Shown: piece after piece, positions 1 through 10,661 of the stretch
Numbering within the stretch: the first letter of the stretch is position 1
Layout of the letters: every line of letters begins with the position of its first letter
DNA from: a virus
Taxonomy: Duplodnaviria; Heunggongvirae; Uroviricota; Caudoviricetes
Virus record (IMG/VR): IMGVR_UViG_3300028888_000058
Coordinates: 39,060 to 103,059 of that record
Length of the DNA: 64,000 bases
Direction: 5' to 3' (one strand)
The notes under the pieces: generated by a model
What the model was told of the DNA's origin: nothing
The model's input: the letters and a program-made list of their open reading frames with translations, nothing else
Databases searched by the model: none
Program-made: the position numbers and the translations under genes

Positions 1-2638
1 AGATAAAGATGGAAACATTACAGGAACATATCCTATTTATGATAAATTATATTCAAATGAAGAACATATATATGGAAATTATGTATATAAGCCAAATATT
101 ACAAATAATTTAGGATATCTTAATCTTATACATTTATTTAGTATATATGACAGAAAGTATAAAGAAACTAATATGCTTAATTTTAATAAGAATATAGATG
201 TTCGTGTAAATGGAATTAACTTTAAGCATATTAATAGAATATCTGAAAGAACAAATGCAAACATTTTAAATGAAGTATATTATTGTGATGAATTTAAGGT
301 GTCAGGTCATTTATTCCATCAAATTATAGATTCAGATACTAGATTCCCTGATGCATACGGATTATATTGGGATCATTATTTTACTGATGAATCAAAAACA
401 GAATATAGAATGAATGGCTTAATGCCTGGAAATAGATCATTAACATTATTAGAAACAAATAATGGTTGGTATATTTATAAAGATAATGATGAAGTACCTA
501 TTGAGGATGTAGAAGTTTCAACAAATGACGATGATCATACAGAATATTTATTTACAAATATTGAAGGATATTCATTTATAATTGAAAAAATAGATGATAA
601 TACTTATGTCCAATGGGATACTACAAAACGTAATCATTATAATGTTAATATAACAACTTCTCCTTATAGATATCTTTATATAAAGGAAGATCCAATAGGA
701 TATCAAAATTATGGGCTATATGTAAAGAGAATATTTGATTTTAATAAAGAACTTAATCAATGGACTGAATCTAATTTTGATATTGAAACAAATCCTTATG
801 TAACTAATGAATATGATTACTATGAAGATATAGATAAACTTATACCATTAGGAACATGTGAATTTGCTAAATTAGAAGATTTTTATAATGCAAATTATAT
901 AGAAGTAACTAAATCGTTTGAAGGAGAACTTTTCTTAGATGGTGATGTATATAAGTGGACAGATCCTGAAATGTTTGAAGTCAATAATAATATGATTAAC
1001 CATACATATAATTTGTTGTATTATATATATATCATGCGAAATGGTGAAAAGGAATTATTAGATACTGCTGCATTATATACTGAAAATTATGATTCTATAT
1101 ATGTTGAATTCTTCTATAATAAATTACACTTAATTAAGAATAAATATTATGAATTACCTGAATTCTTAGAATCTGTTCATGTAAATGCTGTTAAAGAAAA
1201 AGATGGAAGATATTATACATATGATAATGATGTTAAGAAAGAAGTAATAATTAATAAGCAAGGTGATGAATATTATCTTTCATGGAATGAATATACATAT
1301 GCAAATCCTGTTAAGATATTAAAAACTACAAATATTCAAAGATATACAGATCACTGGGGTAATGAAATTAAGATACAAAATCCATCAGGATACTGGTATG
1401 ATGTTGATAATAATGAAATCGTTCCTTTAGATAAATCATTAAATGAATTGGAGAGATATTGGTTTGTTGAAAATGAAATGGAATCTTATGGCAACACTAT
1501 TGAAGAAATAGAAGAACAGTTATCTATATATAAAGAAAAACTTCAGAATGCTACTGAATATGGTCTTAATATGGATAATGCTATAGAATTAAGATATAGA
1601 TATAAGAATTATCTTGTTAAGAACTTTACAGGATCAAAAGGATTATTTAGAACAGAATGGGAAGTAATTGAAAGCGAAGGTTCAAGAAATCCATCTGATT
1701 TATTTAATTTATGTGTATGCATAACAAGAGAAGATAATACTATTGAAGTTATTAATACTAATCATACTAATTTTGAATTGATTGGTAATGAAAAGGAAGT
1801 ATTAATATATTTCAGATTAAAGACAAAAGATATTGATCTTGATGAAATAGATGAATTTATCGTGCATCCAAAAATTATGGCTATATCTGAATATAACGAA
1901 AGACTTAAGTATGATCCAAATGAAGCAACAGATTTAACAGTAGGAAATTTATTGAAAGTAAGAATCAATAATAAAGAATATACATATGGAGATAATAGTT
2001 CAGATTTTGTAATTAATTTATATAAAGAATTCTTTGAATGCAAATATAGATTATATGATTTATATAAGAATGATGAAAATACATTAAGTAAAAAACTTAT
2101 ATATTCAATTTGGGAATGCAACGATAATATTAAATTATCTAATGATGCTAAATATGATTTCTATTTAATGCATGATAATGAATATTGGTATGGTTTATAT
2201 ATATCAAGATTAACTTGTGATCAAATAAACAATAAAGATGTTCAAATTAAATATAATGATAAAACATTAAATTTGAATTATAATTATGTATTAAAATATG
2301 AAAGAAGCTCAAAAGAATTCTTAATAAATAGAATGGATTATAATTCAGCTAATGGAGTTAATCATTTTAATAACAATGAAATCATAGCAGCAAGAATGCT
2401 CAATAATGATAGACTCCCAATTAGAATGAATATATCAAGTAAATGGAAGATTACTTATGCATCATTAGGAATGAGTCTTTCAGAAGAATTTGAATCAGAC
2501 GCAGAAACAACAATTATAAGTATGCCTATGAATGATAATAAATATCAACGTGGATATTATAATGCAACTATTAAATATTCATTAGATAGAGACTTACAGC
2601 ATCAGTTTAAGAATACTGCTATATTCAGGGTTGAATAA
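1..2638 (+). CDS. Large hypothetical protein, 5'-partial: the reading frame is open from nt 2 and the ORF-track start at 173 is internal
   Basis: No stop codon in the 173 frame back to the window edge. More than 878 aa with Asn/Tyr-rich phage-like composition. No recognisable motifs. Confidence 0.55.
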   Translation, partial: DKDGNITGTYPIYDKLYSNEEHIYGNYVYKPNITNNLGYLNLIHLFSIYDRKYKETNMLNFNKNIDVRVNGINFKHINRISERTNANILNEVYYCDEFKVSGHLFHQIIDSDTRFPDAYGLYWDHYFTDESKTEYRMNGLMPGNRSLTLLETNNGWYIYKDNDEVPIEDVEVSTNDDDHTEYLFTNIEGYSFIIEKIDDNTYVQWDTTKRNHYNVNITTSPYRYLYIKEDPIGYQNYGLYVKRIFDFNKELNQWTESNFDIETNPYVTNEYDYYEDIDKLIPLGTCEFAKLEDFYNANYIEVTKSFEGELFLDGDVYKWTDPEMFEVNNNMINHTYNLLYYIYIMRNGEKELLDTAALYTENYDSIYVEFFYNKLHLIKNKYYELPEFLESVHVNAVKEKDGRYYTYDNDVKKEVIINKQGDEYYLSWNEYTYANPVKILKTTNIQRYTDHWGNEIKIQNPSGYWYDVDNNEIVPLDKSLNELERYWFVENEMESYGNTIEEIEEQLSIYKEKLQNATEYGLNMDNAIELRYRYKNYLVKNFTGSKGLFRTEWEVIESEGSRNPSDLFNLCVCITREDNTIEVINTNHTNFELIGNEKEVLIYFRLKTKDIDLDEIDEFIVHPKIMAISEYNERLKYDPNEATDLTVGNLLKVRINNKEYTYGDNSSDFVINLYKEFFECKYRLYDLYKNDENTLSKKLIYSIWECNDNIKLSNDAKYDFYLMHDNEYWYGLYISRLTCDQINNKDVQIKYNDKTLNLNYNYVLKYERSSKEFLINRMDYNSANGVNHFNNNEIIAARMLNNDRLPIRMNISSKWKITYASLGMSLSEEFESDAETTIISMPMNDNKYQRGYYNATIKYSLDRDLQHQFKNTAIFRVE

Positions 2639-2671
2639 TTAATTTTATTTTTATTTAAATTGAAGATAACT

Positions 2672-3091
2672 ATGAAAACAATTAAAGCATACATATTTGA
2701 GCATATAAAGACTCCTGATACTACAAAGGCATTCGTAATTATCAAACCAGGATTCTTAAGTCATGCTGATGAAATATATGATTATATAAAAGACAAAGGA
2801 TTTGAATGTTATGATCATACAGAAACTATGAATCTTGGAGAAGGTCAATGCAAAGAACTTTATAAGATGCATAAAGATAAAGATTTCTATGACGATTTAG
2901 TCAAATATATGCAAGGTGATATTCAAGCATCTATATGGGGTTATGAAGGAGAAGATGATCCTATAGAAATAATGGATAAGATTAAAGATCATTTTAGAAA
3001 TAAGTATGGTAAAGATGATATGAAAAATGTTATGCATAGTTCAGATTCATTAAGAAATGTCAAGAGAGAAGCAAATATAATATTCAATTAA
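2672..3091 (+). CDS. Nucleoside-diphosphate-kinase-like protein with an N-terminal CTS-like decapeptide (MKTIKAYIFE). The track start at 2660 is a TTG.
   Basis: NDK-like FVIIKPG motif, a C-terminal NVMHSSDS matching the NDK catalytic-His region (NIIHGSDS), and a length of about 140 aa. Confidence 0.55.
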   Translation: MKTIKAYIFEHIKTPDTTKAFVIIKPGFLSHADEIYDYIKDKGFECYDHTETMNLGEGQCKELYKMHKDKDFYDDLVKYMQGDIQASIWGYEGEDDPIEIMDKIKDHFRNKYGKDDMKNVMHSSDSLRNVKREANIIFN

Positions 3092-3092
3092 A

Positions 3093-3767
3093 ATGAGTGT
3101 ATTAAGATATATTTTAGAAGCACAAGTTGCTCAACGTACTATATGGGCGAGTAAAGCAGAAGCATTTAAAATACAAGATGCTTTAAAGACAACATTCAAT
3201 CAATTACAGAATGAGAAATATAGTACAATGAATAAACAAGAACTTAAGAAGCTTTATAAGAAGTTCATAGATAATATCAAAGGTGCATTTGGTGGAGAAG
3301 CTGAAGCTCGTAAAGTTCTTAAAGAATATTCAATGTCTACTGAATCCGGTTTTGGTGCTATAATAAGATCTAATCAAAAAGAATTTGAACAAAAAGGATT
3401 TAAGACTAACTGTATAAAAGATTTTGATATGAAAGCTAATGAAGCTGCATATAAGAAAGCTAAAGAAGCTGGAGAATTACCTAATAAAGTAGATGTCAAT
3501 AAAGATGATTATAAAGATTACGAAGGCCGTACAATAATAGTTTATGATAGATATGATCCATCTACTTATCAAGGATATGAATTTGATGGCAAACGCGGTT
3601 CAAAAGGTGCTGAACAGATGATTAACTTTGCACGTATGGATTTCAAATATGAATATAAAGTAAAGTATTATGACTGTTATACATGTTTACCAGATTATTT
3701 CTTTACACATGATAAAGCAAACTTATCAGGCAATATGCAAGATATAGATCCAAATGAATTTAAATAA
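3093..3767 (+). CDS. Hypothetical protein
   Basis: ORF tightly packed after the previous gene. The N-terminal MSVLRYILE loosely resembles the CTS motif. Confidence 0.45.
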   Translation: MSVLRYILEAQVAQRTIWASKAEAFKIQDALKTTFNQLQNEKYSTMNKQELKKLYKKFIDNIKGAFGGEAEARKVLKEYSMSTESGFGAIIRSNQKEFEQKGFKTNCIKDFDMKANEAAYKKAKEAGELPNKVDVNKDDYKDYEGRTIIVYDRYDPSTYQGYEFDGKRGSKGAEQMINFARMDFKYEYKVKYYDCYTCLPDYFFTHDKANLSGNMQDIDPNEFK

Positions 3768-3811
3768 TTTATGAAAAACTTATAATTTATAAATACAAAT
3801 AATTTAAAAGG

Positions 3812-4474
3812 ATGAAGAAATTATATGTATTATTAGACAACGGACATGGCAGTAATACTCCTGGAAAATGTAGTGGCATATTGCCCGATGGAACACGATT
3901 TAGAGAATATTCTTTCTGTCGTGAAGTTGTAGATGCATTATATAATAGATTATTAAGTTATGAGCAGTTTGTACCTATTAAGATAACTCCAGAAACAACT
4001 GACATAAGTCTTACGACTCGTGTTAATAGAATTAATCAGTACTGTAGAAAATATGGAGCATCTAATTGTATAATGATATCTGTTCATGTCAATGCTGCAG
4101 GAAATGGTGGTTGGATGAATGGTAGAGGCTGGTCTGCATGGACAACAAGAGGACAGAATATATCTGATAAACTTGCTGAATGCTTATATGAAGGTGCAGA
4201 TTTTGTCATTTTGAATAATAAAGAATATGTTGAATCATTTAAAGGACAGACTAAACAAAAACCAATAAGAGAAGACAAATCAGACAAAGATAGAGACTGG
4301 GAAGCAAATTATCAGATTATTCGTGGAGCTAATTGTGCTGCAGTCTTGACAGAGAATTTCTTTATGGATAACAAAAAAGATGTTGAATATCTTTTATCTG
4401 CTCGCGGATTGACAGATACTATCAATATTCATTTAAAGGGAATAGAAATTTATTATAATAGATATAAGAAATGA
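3812..4474 (+). CDS. N-acetylmuramoyl-L-alanine amidase (Amidase_3 family)
   Basis: Motifs LLDNGHGSNTPGK, MISVHVNAAG and AVLTENFFMDN match the Amidase_3 Zn-ligand regions. Confidence 0.65.
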   Translation: MKKLYVLLDNGHGSNTPGKCSGILPDGTRFREYSFCREVVDALYNRLLSYEQFVPIKITPETTDISLTTRVNRINQYCRKYGASNCIMISVHVNAAGNGGWMNGRGWSAWTTRGQNISDKLAECLYEGADFVILNNKEYVESFKGQTKQKPIREDKSDKDRDWEANYQIIRGANCAAVLTENFFMDNKKDVEYLLSARGLTDTINIHLKGIEIYYNRYKK

Positions 4475-4998
4475 AATCATTTAAGACAATAACAGAAGCA
4501 TATGCTGATAGGTATATTGATAAACAAGTATTAAGCAAGATTATAGATCTTTTAAAGAATGCTCTTAAAGAAGAATTTAATGCTTGGTATGGATATCTTA
4601 TTGTTAAAGAATTCTTATCAGGTACAGATAGATCTGATATTATGAAGATGTATGAAGATACTGCTAAAGATGAATTAGAAGATCATGGATATTGGCTTAT
4701 CAAACGTATTAATGAATTAGGTGGTACTTTAGACGATTTAAGTATGTCTCCTGCATCTTGGGTTAATTCTACTCACCCTTATGCAGCTCCAAAATGGAAA
4801 GGTGATATTGTTCCAATTAAAGAATCATTAGAATTGAATATACAGAATGAACTGGGAGCTATTGAATCTTATAAAGAAATAATAGAACTTACAAAGGATG
4901 TAGATTATACTACGCATTCAAAATGTAAACAGATTCTTGCTGATGAAGAAGAACATTTGCAATTACTTAAAGAATTTTTAGATGATATTAAAAACTAA
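4471..4998 (+). CDS. Ferritin/Dps-like four-helix-bundle protein with an N-terminal CTS-like motif (MKSFKTITE)
   Basis: Two ExxH motifs (DELEDHGYW, DEEEHLQLL) with ferritin-like spacing. ATGA overlap with the upstream gene. Confidence 0.5.
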   Translation: MKSFKTITEAYADRYIDKQVLSKIIDLLKNALKEEFNAWYGYLIVKEFLSGTDRSDIMKMYEDTAKDELEDHGYWLIKRINELGGTLDDLSMSPASWVNSTHPYAAPKWKGDIVPIKESLELNIQNELGAIESYKEIIELTKDVDYTTHSKCKQILADEEEHLQLLKEFLDDIKN

Positions 4999-5034
4999 TT
5001 ATGAAAATGATATAAAGAATTAAATTAAATAAAA

Positions 5035-5095
5035 TGTAGAAATTTGAATATTTTATATATAATATTTGAATTTCTACATTTTTTATCTATATTAT
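5035..5095 (+). terminator. Rho-independent terminator: long imperfect palindrome plus T-run
   Basis: aatgtagaaatttgaatatt ... aatatttgaatttctacatt followed by ttttttatc. Confidence 0.5.
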
Positions 5096-5118
5096 ATTAT
5101 CAAATAATAATATAGAAT

Positions 5119-5490
5119 ATGAATAATTTATTTGTAACTGTTTTCCGTCCTGCAGGATTTCCTGATTGCACAGGAAATGGATTATCTTCAAAGGTAAATA
5201 ATGCAATTCTGTTTTCTAACTGTTCAAATGAGGAAGCCATTAATTGGTGTAATGAACATGGCAAAGATCCTTCAAAACAGTTTATTCTTGTTAAGCGTGA
5301 GCTTTGGGGAGAAGATCATGCATATGCAGAGCCATTGATTAAACCAGAAAATAGAGCTCAGGTATTTGGAGGTAATTTCCTTTATACTTCAGATTCAAGA
5401 ATGTATAAGACTGGTGGAATTTATAAAGTTCCTGTTCCTATTCATGACAGATTTGAGACGTGGGAAGATTTTGATGCAATGACTAAATAA
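5119..5490 (+). CDS. Hypothetical protein
   Basis: ORF only. Confidence 0.4.
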   Translation: MNNLFVTVFRPAGFPDCTGNGLSSKVNNAILFSNCSNEEAINWCNEHGKDPSKQFILVKRELWGEDHAYAEPLIKPENRAQVFGGNFLYTSDSRMYKTGGIYKVPVPIHDRFETWEDFDAMTK

Positions 5491-5502
5491 TATAATAAAA
5501 AT

Positions 5503-5745
5503 ATGGATAAGAATATTGGAATTAAACTTATTAAGAATGAAGTTGAAATTATTCTTAAGGAATGCAAGATTAAGCATGTAACTGATTTTGATAATGGAGA
5601 TATTATTATTGCTTGCAGAAACAAATATGACGCTCAAAATGCTTATAATAATCTTAAGTCAAGATATCTCAATAAAAAGTATTGGGAGTATACTTCAAAT
5701 ATTGTTGTGAAGAATGATTATATAGTTAACATTAGATTATATTAA
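5503..5745 (+). CDS. Hypothetical protein
   Basis: ORF only. Confidence 0.35.
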   Translation: MDKNIGIKLIKNEVEIILKECKIKHVTDFDNGDIIIACRNKYDAQNAYNNLKSRYLNKKYWEYTSNIVVKNDYIVNIRLY

Positions 5746-5937
5746 ATTATGACACTTAATGAGTTAATTAAATTTGCAAAAGATCATAAAGTTAATTTTG
5801 ATACAAAATTGACTATTTGGGATCCATATTGGGATGAGGAAAGTGATGATATTAAAGTAACTATTAATTCTTCAAAAGATAGATATCCAAATTGTTTACA
5901 TATTGGTCGTTATCCAGGTCGTTAAAAAATAAGCAAA

Positions 5938-6605
5938 TGAATTCAAATAGATTTTTAGGAACATTATTCTGTTTAGCTATATTTTATCAATTAGTCTGTG
6001 CCAGTTTCATATCAGCTGAAAACAATACAGAAGTTATGAAAACCGATTCAGTGTTCAACGTTTCTCCTTTGCTCGTGAATCATGAACAGACACAAAATAT
6101 TGAGCAAAAAAAGTTAAATAGACCAAATAAGTATAAGCTTTCTAAAGTAGGTAAAGATTTTATTAAGTCACAGGAGACTTGTGTATTGCATGCATATAAT
6201 GATCCTGACCCAAAACGAAGATCTGTAGGATGGGGACATCAGATTCAGCCAGGTGAAAAACTTGAACATATTACACAAAGGAAAGCTGATGAACTTTTTG
6301 ATAAAGATGTTGAATGGGTTAATGATGCAATCAATCGTCTTATTAAACAACATGATAAACGTTTCATTTATTCACAGGGATTTATTGATGGTCTTGGAAG
6401 TTTAATTTATAATTGCGGTGAACGTGGTGTTACATTAACTGAATTTTGGAATCGTTGGTCAAGATGCCGATATGATAAGAATATGCCAGGAAACATTAAT
6501 CAGAATGATTTGAATTTTACAATTGCTGCTGTTAAAATCAGTAGAATATCTGCTCCTGGACATGTTACTCGTAGATATGATGAACATAAACTAATGCTAA
6601 ATTAA
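5938..6605 (+). CDS. GH24 (T4/lambda-type) lysozyme with an N-terminal signal or SAR segment. The track start at 5892 is a TTG; the likely start is MNSNRF.
   Basis: Hydrophobic N-terminus FLGTLFCLAIFYQLVCASFISA. Catalytic-Glu region SQETCVLHAYNDPD...GWGHQ...FIYSQGFIDGLGSLIYNCG matches phage lysozymes. Confidence 0.65.
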
Positions 6606-6612
6606 CATAGCA

Positions 6613-6795
6613 ATGAATAAAATTAAATTTTTTATTAAAGATTTTTGGGAAGATTTTCGTTATATGAATGAAGGTTCATCTCCAAAATATTGGGTTAATA
6701 TTGTAATATGGTATATATTAATGACATTGTTTTTAATATCAATGTTTATTGCTGCAACTCTTGGTGAAATTATTTATAACATTAAACATAAATAA
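6613..6795 (+). CDS. Small membrane protein; holin or spanin candidate
   Basis: One strong TM helix (IVIWYILMTLFLISMFIAATL) immediately downstream of the lysozyme. Confidence 0.35.
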   Translation: MNKIKFFIKDFWEDFRYMNEGSSPKYWVNIVIWYILMTLFLISMFIAATLGEIIYNIKHK

Positions 6796-6928
6796 ATATG
6801 GATATATTAAAAGAATTAGACAAGTGGCTTAATCATAAAGTTGATGATAAAGATATTCCACAGGAAGAAAGAATCGCATATTGTAAAGTTTTAGATAAGT
6901 TAGAACAATTATATTTAGAAGTCTAATT

Positions 6929-7189
6929 ATGAAATATGAAGTTATCTTAAGAGTTCATGACGATTATGATTTAAAGATGCCTTTTGATATTGAAACAAAA
7001 GGCAAAGGAAAGAAAGTACTTCGTGCAGCTATTAAGAAAGAAATCATTAGCTTCTTAAAGGAGAATGATAATCAATGCGGAGAAGTTACAAATATTGAAA
7101 TCTTAGATATCATTAAACTGAACATATACGACCTAAATAAGTATTTTCTCAAGAAAATGAATTTGAGAATTTTATTGATAAACTTTTAA
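6929..7189 (+). CDS. Hypothetical protein
   Basis: ORF only. Confidence 0.35.
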   Translation: MKYEVILRVHDDYDLKMPFDIETKGKGKKVLRAAIKKEIISFLKENDNQCGEVTNIEILDIIKLNIYDLNKYFLKKMNLRILLINF

Positions 7190-7215
7190 AGCAGCAGTAA
7201 TGCTGCTTTTTTATT
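7190..7215 (+). terminator. Rho-independent terminator
   Basis: Hairpin gcagcagtaatgctgc followed by ttttttatttat. Confidence 0.5.
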
Positions 7216-7282
7216 TATACTTTAATTTATTTAATTAAATTTATTTTTATATATTAAAGCAAATATATGTTATGATATTTTA

Positions 7283-9457
7283 ATGAAATCATTTCCAAGT
7301 ACATTAAATGAAAGCAAATCAATGTATGGATTTTCAAATTCTAGTTCAAATTCATATAAAACTTCATTTGATATTGAGAAATTAAAAGCTATAAACCTTA
7401 ATACATCTGTTCCTGTTCTTCAAGAATTGCTTAAAGAACAGAATATAAATATTGCTAACTATAATGGATATGCACCAAGCTATACAATGTATACACAAAC
7501 ATTTAGGGAAAACCCTATGATGCTTCCTTATGATGTTATTGCATTAGCTAAAGATTATGAATGGTGTTATAATGAACCTGCATTTGCATTACTTGGTATA
7601 GAGTCAGATGGTAAAAATAACGTAAATGAAAAATTATCAAAAATAAATATAGCTCCTTCAATGTTTAATCCAATGTATGGAGTAAACGTTAGAGGAATTA
7701 CTGCTAATGTGCCATTATTAAATAATATTAGGTATCTTGGTGAAATGGGTGCTGAAGCTGAAAATTTATCTTCATGTTCAATAAGAGAACTATGCGCGTT
7801 ATCAAAATCACCTAATTCAATATTAGGTATGGCTACATATAAGTATGCAGATTTTATGTACTGTAAAGATTTAGGAAAAGTATCTAATAATCATTTAATA
7901 ACATTAAGAAGATTTGCTCACCCAGTAAGTGATCATATATTTGAATTAACTGCACCAAAACATATTGATCCTGAACATACATCATTTGAACAAGAAGGTG
8001 ATGTTGGACGATTAGTTACTTGGTTTGGAACAGATGATAATAAATTAGAAGATATTATTAAATATTCATATCATGCTACTTGGAAAAAATTAGAAGCAGA
8101 TATACAACAAGAAGACTCAACTGCTGATGATAAATCATCGGGTATTTTAGGTATGTTATCAAATACAACTACTTCTTATAACCATGCTATAGCAGCAGGT
8201 ACTGGTGGTGATCATAGTTTATGGGCATATCTTGGTGGTAAAGTTTTTAAGAATGATGTTTTAGTACAGGGCGTCAGAAAAAATAATGGATTACTTAGAA
8301 ACTATGATAAAAACAGAGTATATACACCAAAGAATACAATTCAAGAAACTAATATGTATGAAGGTAAGATTGAATTCACTCATGAATTTACTCTTGTTTT
8401 TTCATATAAGTTACGTGCATATGATAACATTAATCCTAAATCTGCGTTTCTTGATTTAATTGGCAATATAATTGAAGTTACTGGTAGAAGAGGTAAATTC
8501 TGGGGTGGACAACGTAAATTAATAGGTCCTCAGCAAGATCAATCATTTTATAAACAAGCATATTCATTGATTGATAAGTCTTTCGATAGTATTGAAGGTG
8601 TATGGGGTACTTTAATGCAAGGTGGCGGTATACAATTTAACAATATTGTTGCTGCTCTTGGCAAAGGATGGGATGCTATTAAAGGCGGTGCTCAATCTGC
8701 AGCAAAGGCATTAGGAGGAATTATTAATAATGTTGCAGGTAAACAACCTCGTGAAATCATTAAAGGTTTATTAAAGAATGCTTTAGGACGTCCTACATTA
8801 ATTGCATGGAATTCATTATTAAGTGGAGCAGATACAGGATTATGGCATGTAACAATAGGTAATCCAAAAAATCCTATTATTGTTATGGGTAATCTTATTG
8901 TAACAGATTCACAAATAACTCAATCAGGACCATTAGGTTTAGATGATTTCCCAACAGAATTAAAAGTTTCAATATCATTAAAGCACGCAAGACCACGTGA
9001 TGCTGTTGATATATCTAGAATGTATACTAAAGGTGTAAGTTCAATATATAATCCATTAGCTACTCATGGATTAGATAAATATGTTTCAAGTGTTGGATCT
9101 GGAAATTATCAATTATTAGATAAAGCATCAATGGCAGAAGAAGCAACAAGTACAAAAAGTGTAGCAGGCACTAATGCAAAAGATAAATCTGGTGGTGATC
9201 CAACAAATGTAGGCAACGCGCATTCTGCAGGTGGTAGCACAGCACAAATGAAAAAACAAAATGCAATAGTTCATGGAGAATATCTTAAACAAGCTAATGC
9301 ATGGAAAAATAATGTTGGTGGTAGTAACACATATAATAAAGAAGCAAAATATTCTGTACCTAATCCATTCATAACAGATGGTGCTGCAATGCAAATGTCT
9401 CAATTAAATAACTATTCTGCATTAATGGCCGTTTTATCTGCAGATGAATTGATTTAA
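7283..9457 (+). CDS. Large putative internal or ejected virion protein (724 aa) with a CTS-like N-terminus (MKSFPSTLNE) and a Gly-rich segment
   Basis: [L]-x-E at residues 8-10 as in the T4 CTS. Gly/Ala-rich stretch GGGIQFNNIVAALGKGWDAIKGGAQSAAKALGG. Confidence 0.5.
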   Translation: MKSFPSTLNESKSMYGFSNSSSNSYKTSFDIEKLKAINLNTSVPVLQELLKEQNINIANYNGYAPSYTMYTQTFRENPMMLPYDVIALAKDYEWCYNEPAFALLGIESDGKNNVNEKLSKINIAPSMFNPMYGVNVRGITANVPLLNNIRYLGEMGAEAENLSSCSIRELCALSKSPNSILGMATYKYADFMYCKDLGKVSNNHLITLRRFAHPVSDHIFELTAPKHIDPEHTSFEQEGDVGRLVTWFGTDDNKLEDIIKYSYHATWKKLEADIQQEDSTADDKSSGILGMLSNTTTSYNHAIAAGTGGDHSLWAYLGGKVFKNDVLVQGVRKNNGLLRNYDKNRVYTPKNTIQETNMYEGKIEFTHEFTLVFSYKLRAYDNINPKSAFLDLIGNIIEVTGRRGKFWGGQRKLIGPQQDQSFYKQAYSLIDKSFDSIEGVWGTLMQGGGIQFNNIVAALGKGWDAIKGGAQSAAKALGGIINNVAGKQPREIIKGLLKNALGRPTLIAWNSLLSGADTGLWHVTIGNPKNPIIVMGNLIVTDSQITQSGPLGLDDFPTELKVSISLKHARPRDAVDISRMYTKGVSSIYNPLATHGLDKYVSSVGSGNYQLLDKASMAEEATSTKSVAGTNAKDKSGGDPTNVGNAHSAGGSTAQMKKQNAIVHGEYLKQANAWKNNVGGSNTYNKEAKYSVPNPFITDGAAMQMSQLNNYSALMAVLSADELI

Positions 9458-9519
9458 TAATTTTGAATTTTGTTTATATTTTTTACTATTTTATATAAAA
9501 TATATGTAAATAGCCATTA

Positions 9520-10581
9520 ATGAATAAACTTTTATATATTGGTCTTAATGGTTTAGCAGGTTCTGGTAAAGATACTGTTGCAAAAATGCTTAAGACTATA
9601 TTATCTAAAGAATGGGAATCTTTAGAAGTATGTAAAGAATATTATTTCTCAAGATATACTAATCCTACTCAATCTGCAACATTTCCGCCAAATGCTGATG
9701 ATAAGAATTCATTGGTTATGTGTATAGCATATGCAGATCAATTAAAAGAAATATGTTCAACAATATTTGGTATTCCTGTACAACGTTTTTATCAGAACAA
9801 ATCAAATGCATGGATTTGTATGAATGATAAATTTCAATATACAGAAATTAAGCCTGATGAAGAAACTATAGTAACTGCTGAAGAATATTATTATAATCTT
9901 ACGGGATATTCAACAGACAATACAAATAAATATTGGATGTCTTTACGAGAAGTACTTGTATATGTAGGTACTTATGTTTTACAGCAATCTGTAAATAAGC
10001 AAATTTTTGTAAATATAGTTCGTAATAAGATTCGTGAAGAACAATATAAAAATCACAATCTTAAATATGTTATAGTTACAGATCATAGATTCTTACATGA
10101 ACTTGAATATATAAAGGAGAATAATGGAATTACAATAACTATTAATAGAAATTCTGTAACACAGCTTGATAATATTGCTGAACATGATTTGGATGATAAT
10201 GAAGATTATGATTATATTATAGATAATTCAGGAACTTATGATGAATTATTTAAAACAGTTTGGGATATTGTACATACAGATATAGAATTCTCAAATAATA
10301 CAATTGATTTATATACAAGAGAAAACATTAATAACTATTTAAGATTAGTTGAAGATAAAGAAGATCAATCTTTTGTAATATATAAATTATGTTCACCATA
10401 TAAAATACAGAAGTTATATCGTAATGAAGGAAATATAACAATGATTGATCCAGTAGGAGGACCAATTATTTGTGTAGATCAAGAAATAGAAGGAACAGAT
10501 ATAACACCATTTAAAATATCTATTGATGAACATGATGGTCATAATGAATTTTTAATCTGGGTTAATAAAGAAGCAGTTTAA
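9520..10581 (+). CDS. dNMP-kinase-like P-loop protein (T4 gp1-like N-terminal domain) with a C-terminal extension
   Basis: N-terminal LYIGLNGLAGSGKDTVA resembles T4 dNMP kinase IFLSGVKRSGKDTTA. Confidence 0.45.
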   Translation: MNKLLYIGLNGLAGSGKDTVAKMLKTILSKEWESLEVCKEYYFSRYTNPTQSATFPPNADDKNSLVMCIAYADQLKEICSTIFGIPVQRFYQNKSNAWICMNDKFQYTEIKPDEETIVTAEEYYYNLTGYSTDNTNKYWMSLREVLVYVGTYVLQQSVNKQIFVNIVRNKIREEQYKNHNLKYVIVTDHRFLHELEYIKENNGITITINRNSVTQLDNIAEHDLDDNEDYDYIIDNSGTYDELFKTVWDIVHTDIEFSNNTIDLYTRENINNYLRLVEDKEDQSFVIYKLCSPYKIQKLYRNEGNITMIDPVGGPIICVDQEIEGTDITPFKISIDEHDGHNEFLIWVNKEAV

Positions 10582-10600
10582 TACTGCTTTTTTGTTTTAT
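10572..10600 (+). terminator. Putative terminator
   Basis: Hairpin aagcagtttaatactgctt followed by tttttg. Confidence 0.4.
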
Positions 10601-10661
10601 TTAATTCTTAAATATTTTATTATTAATTAAATAATAAAAATGATATAATATTTAATGTTAA

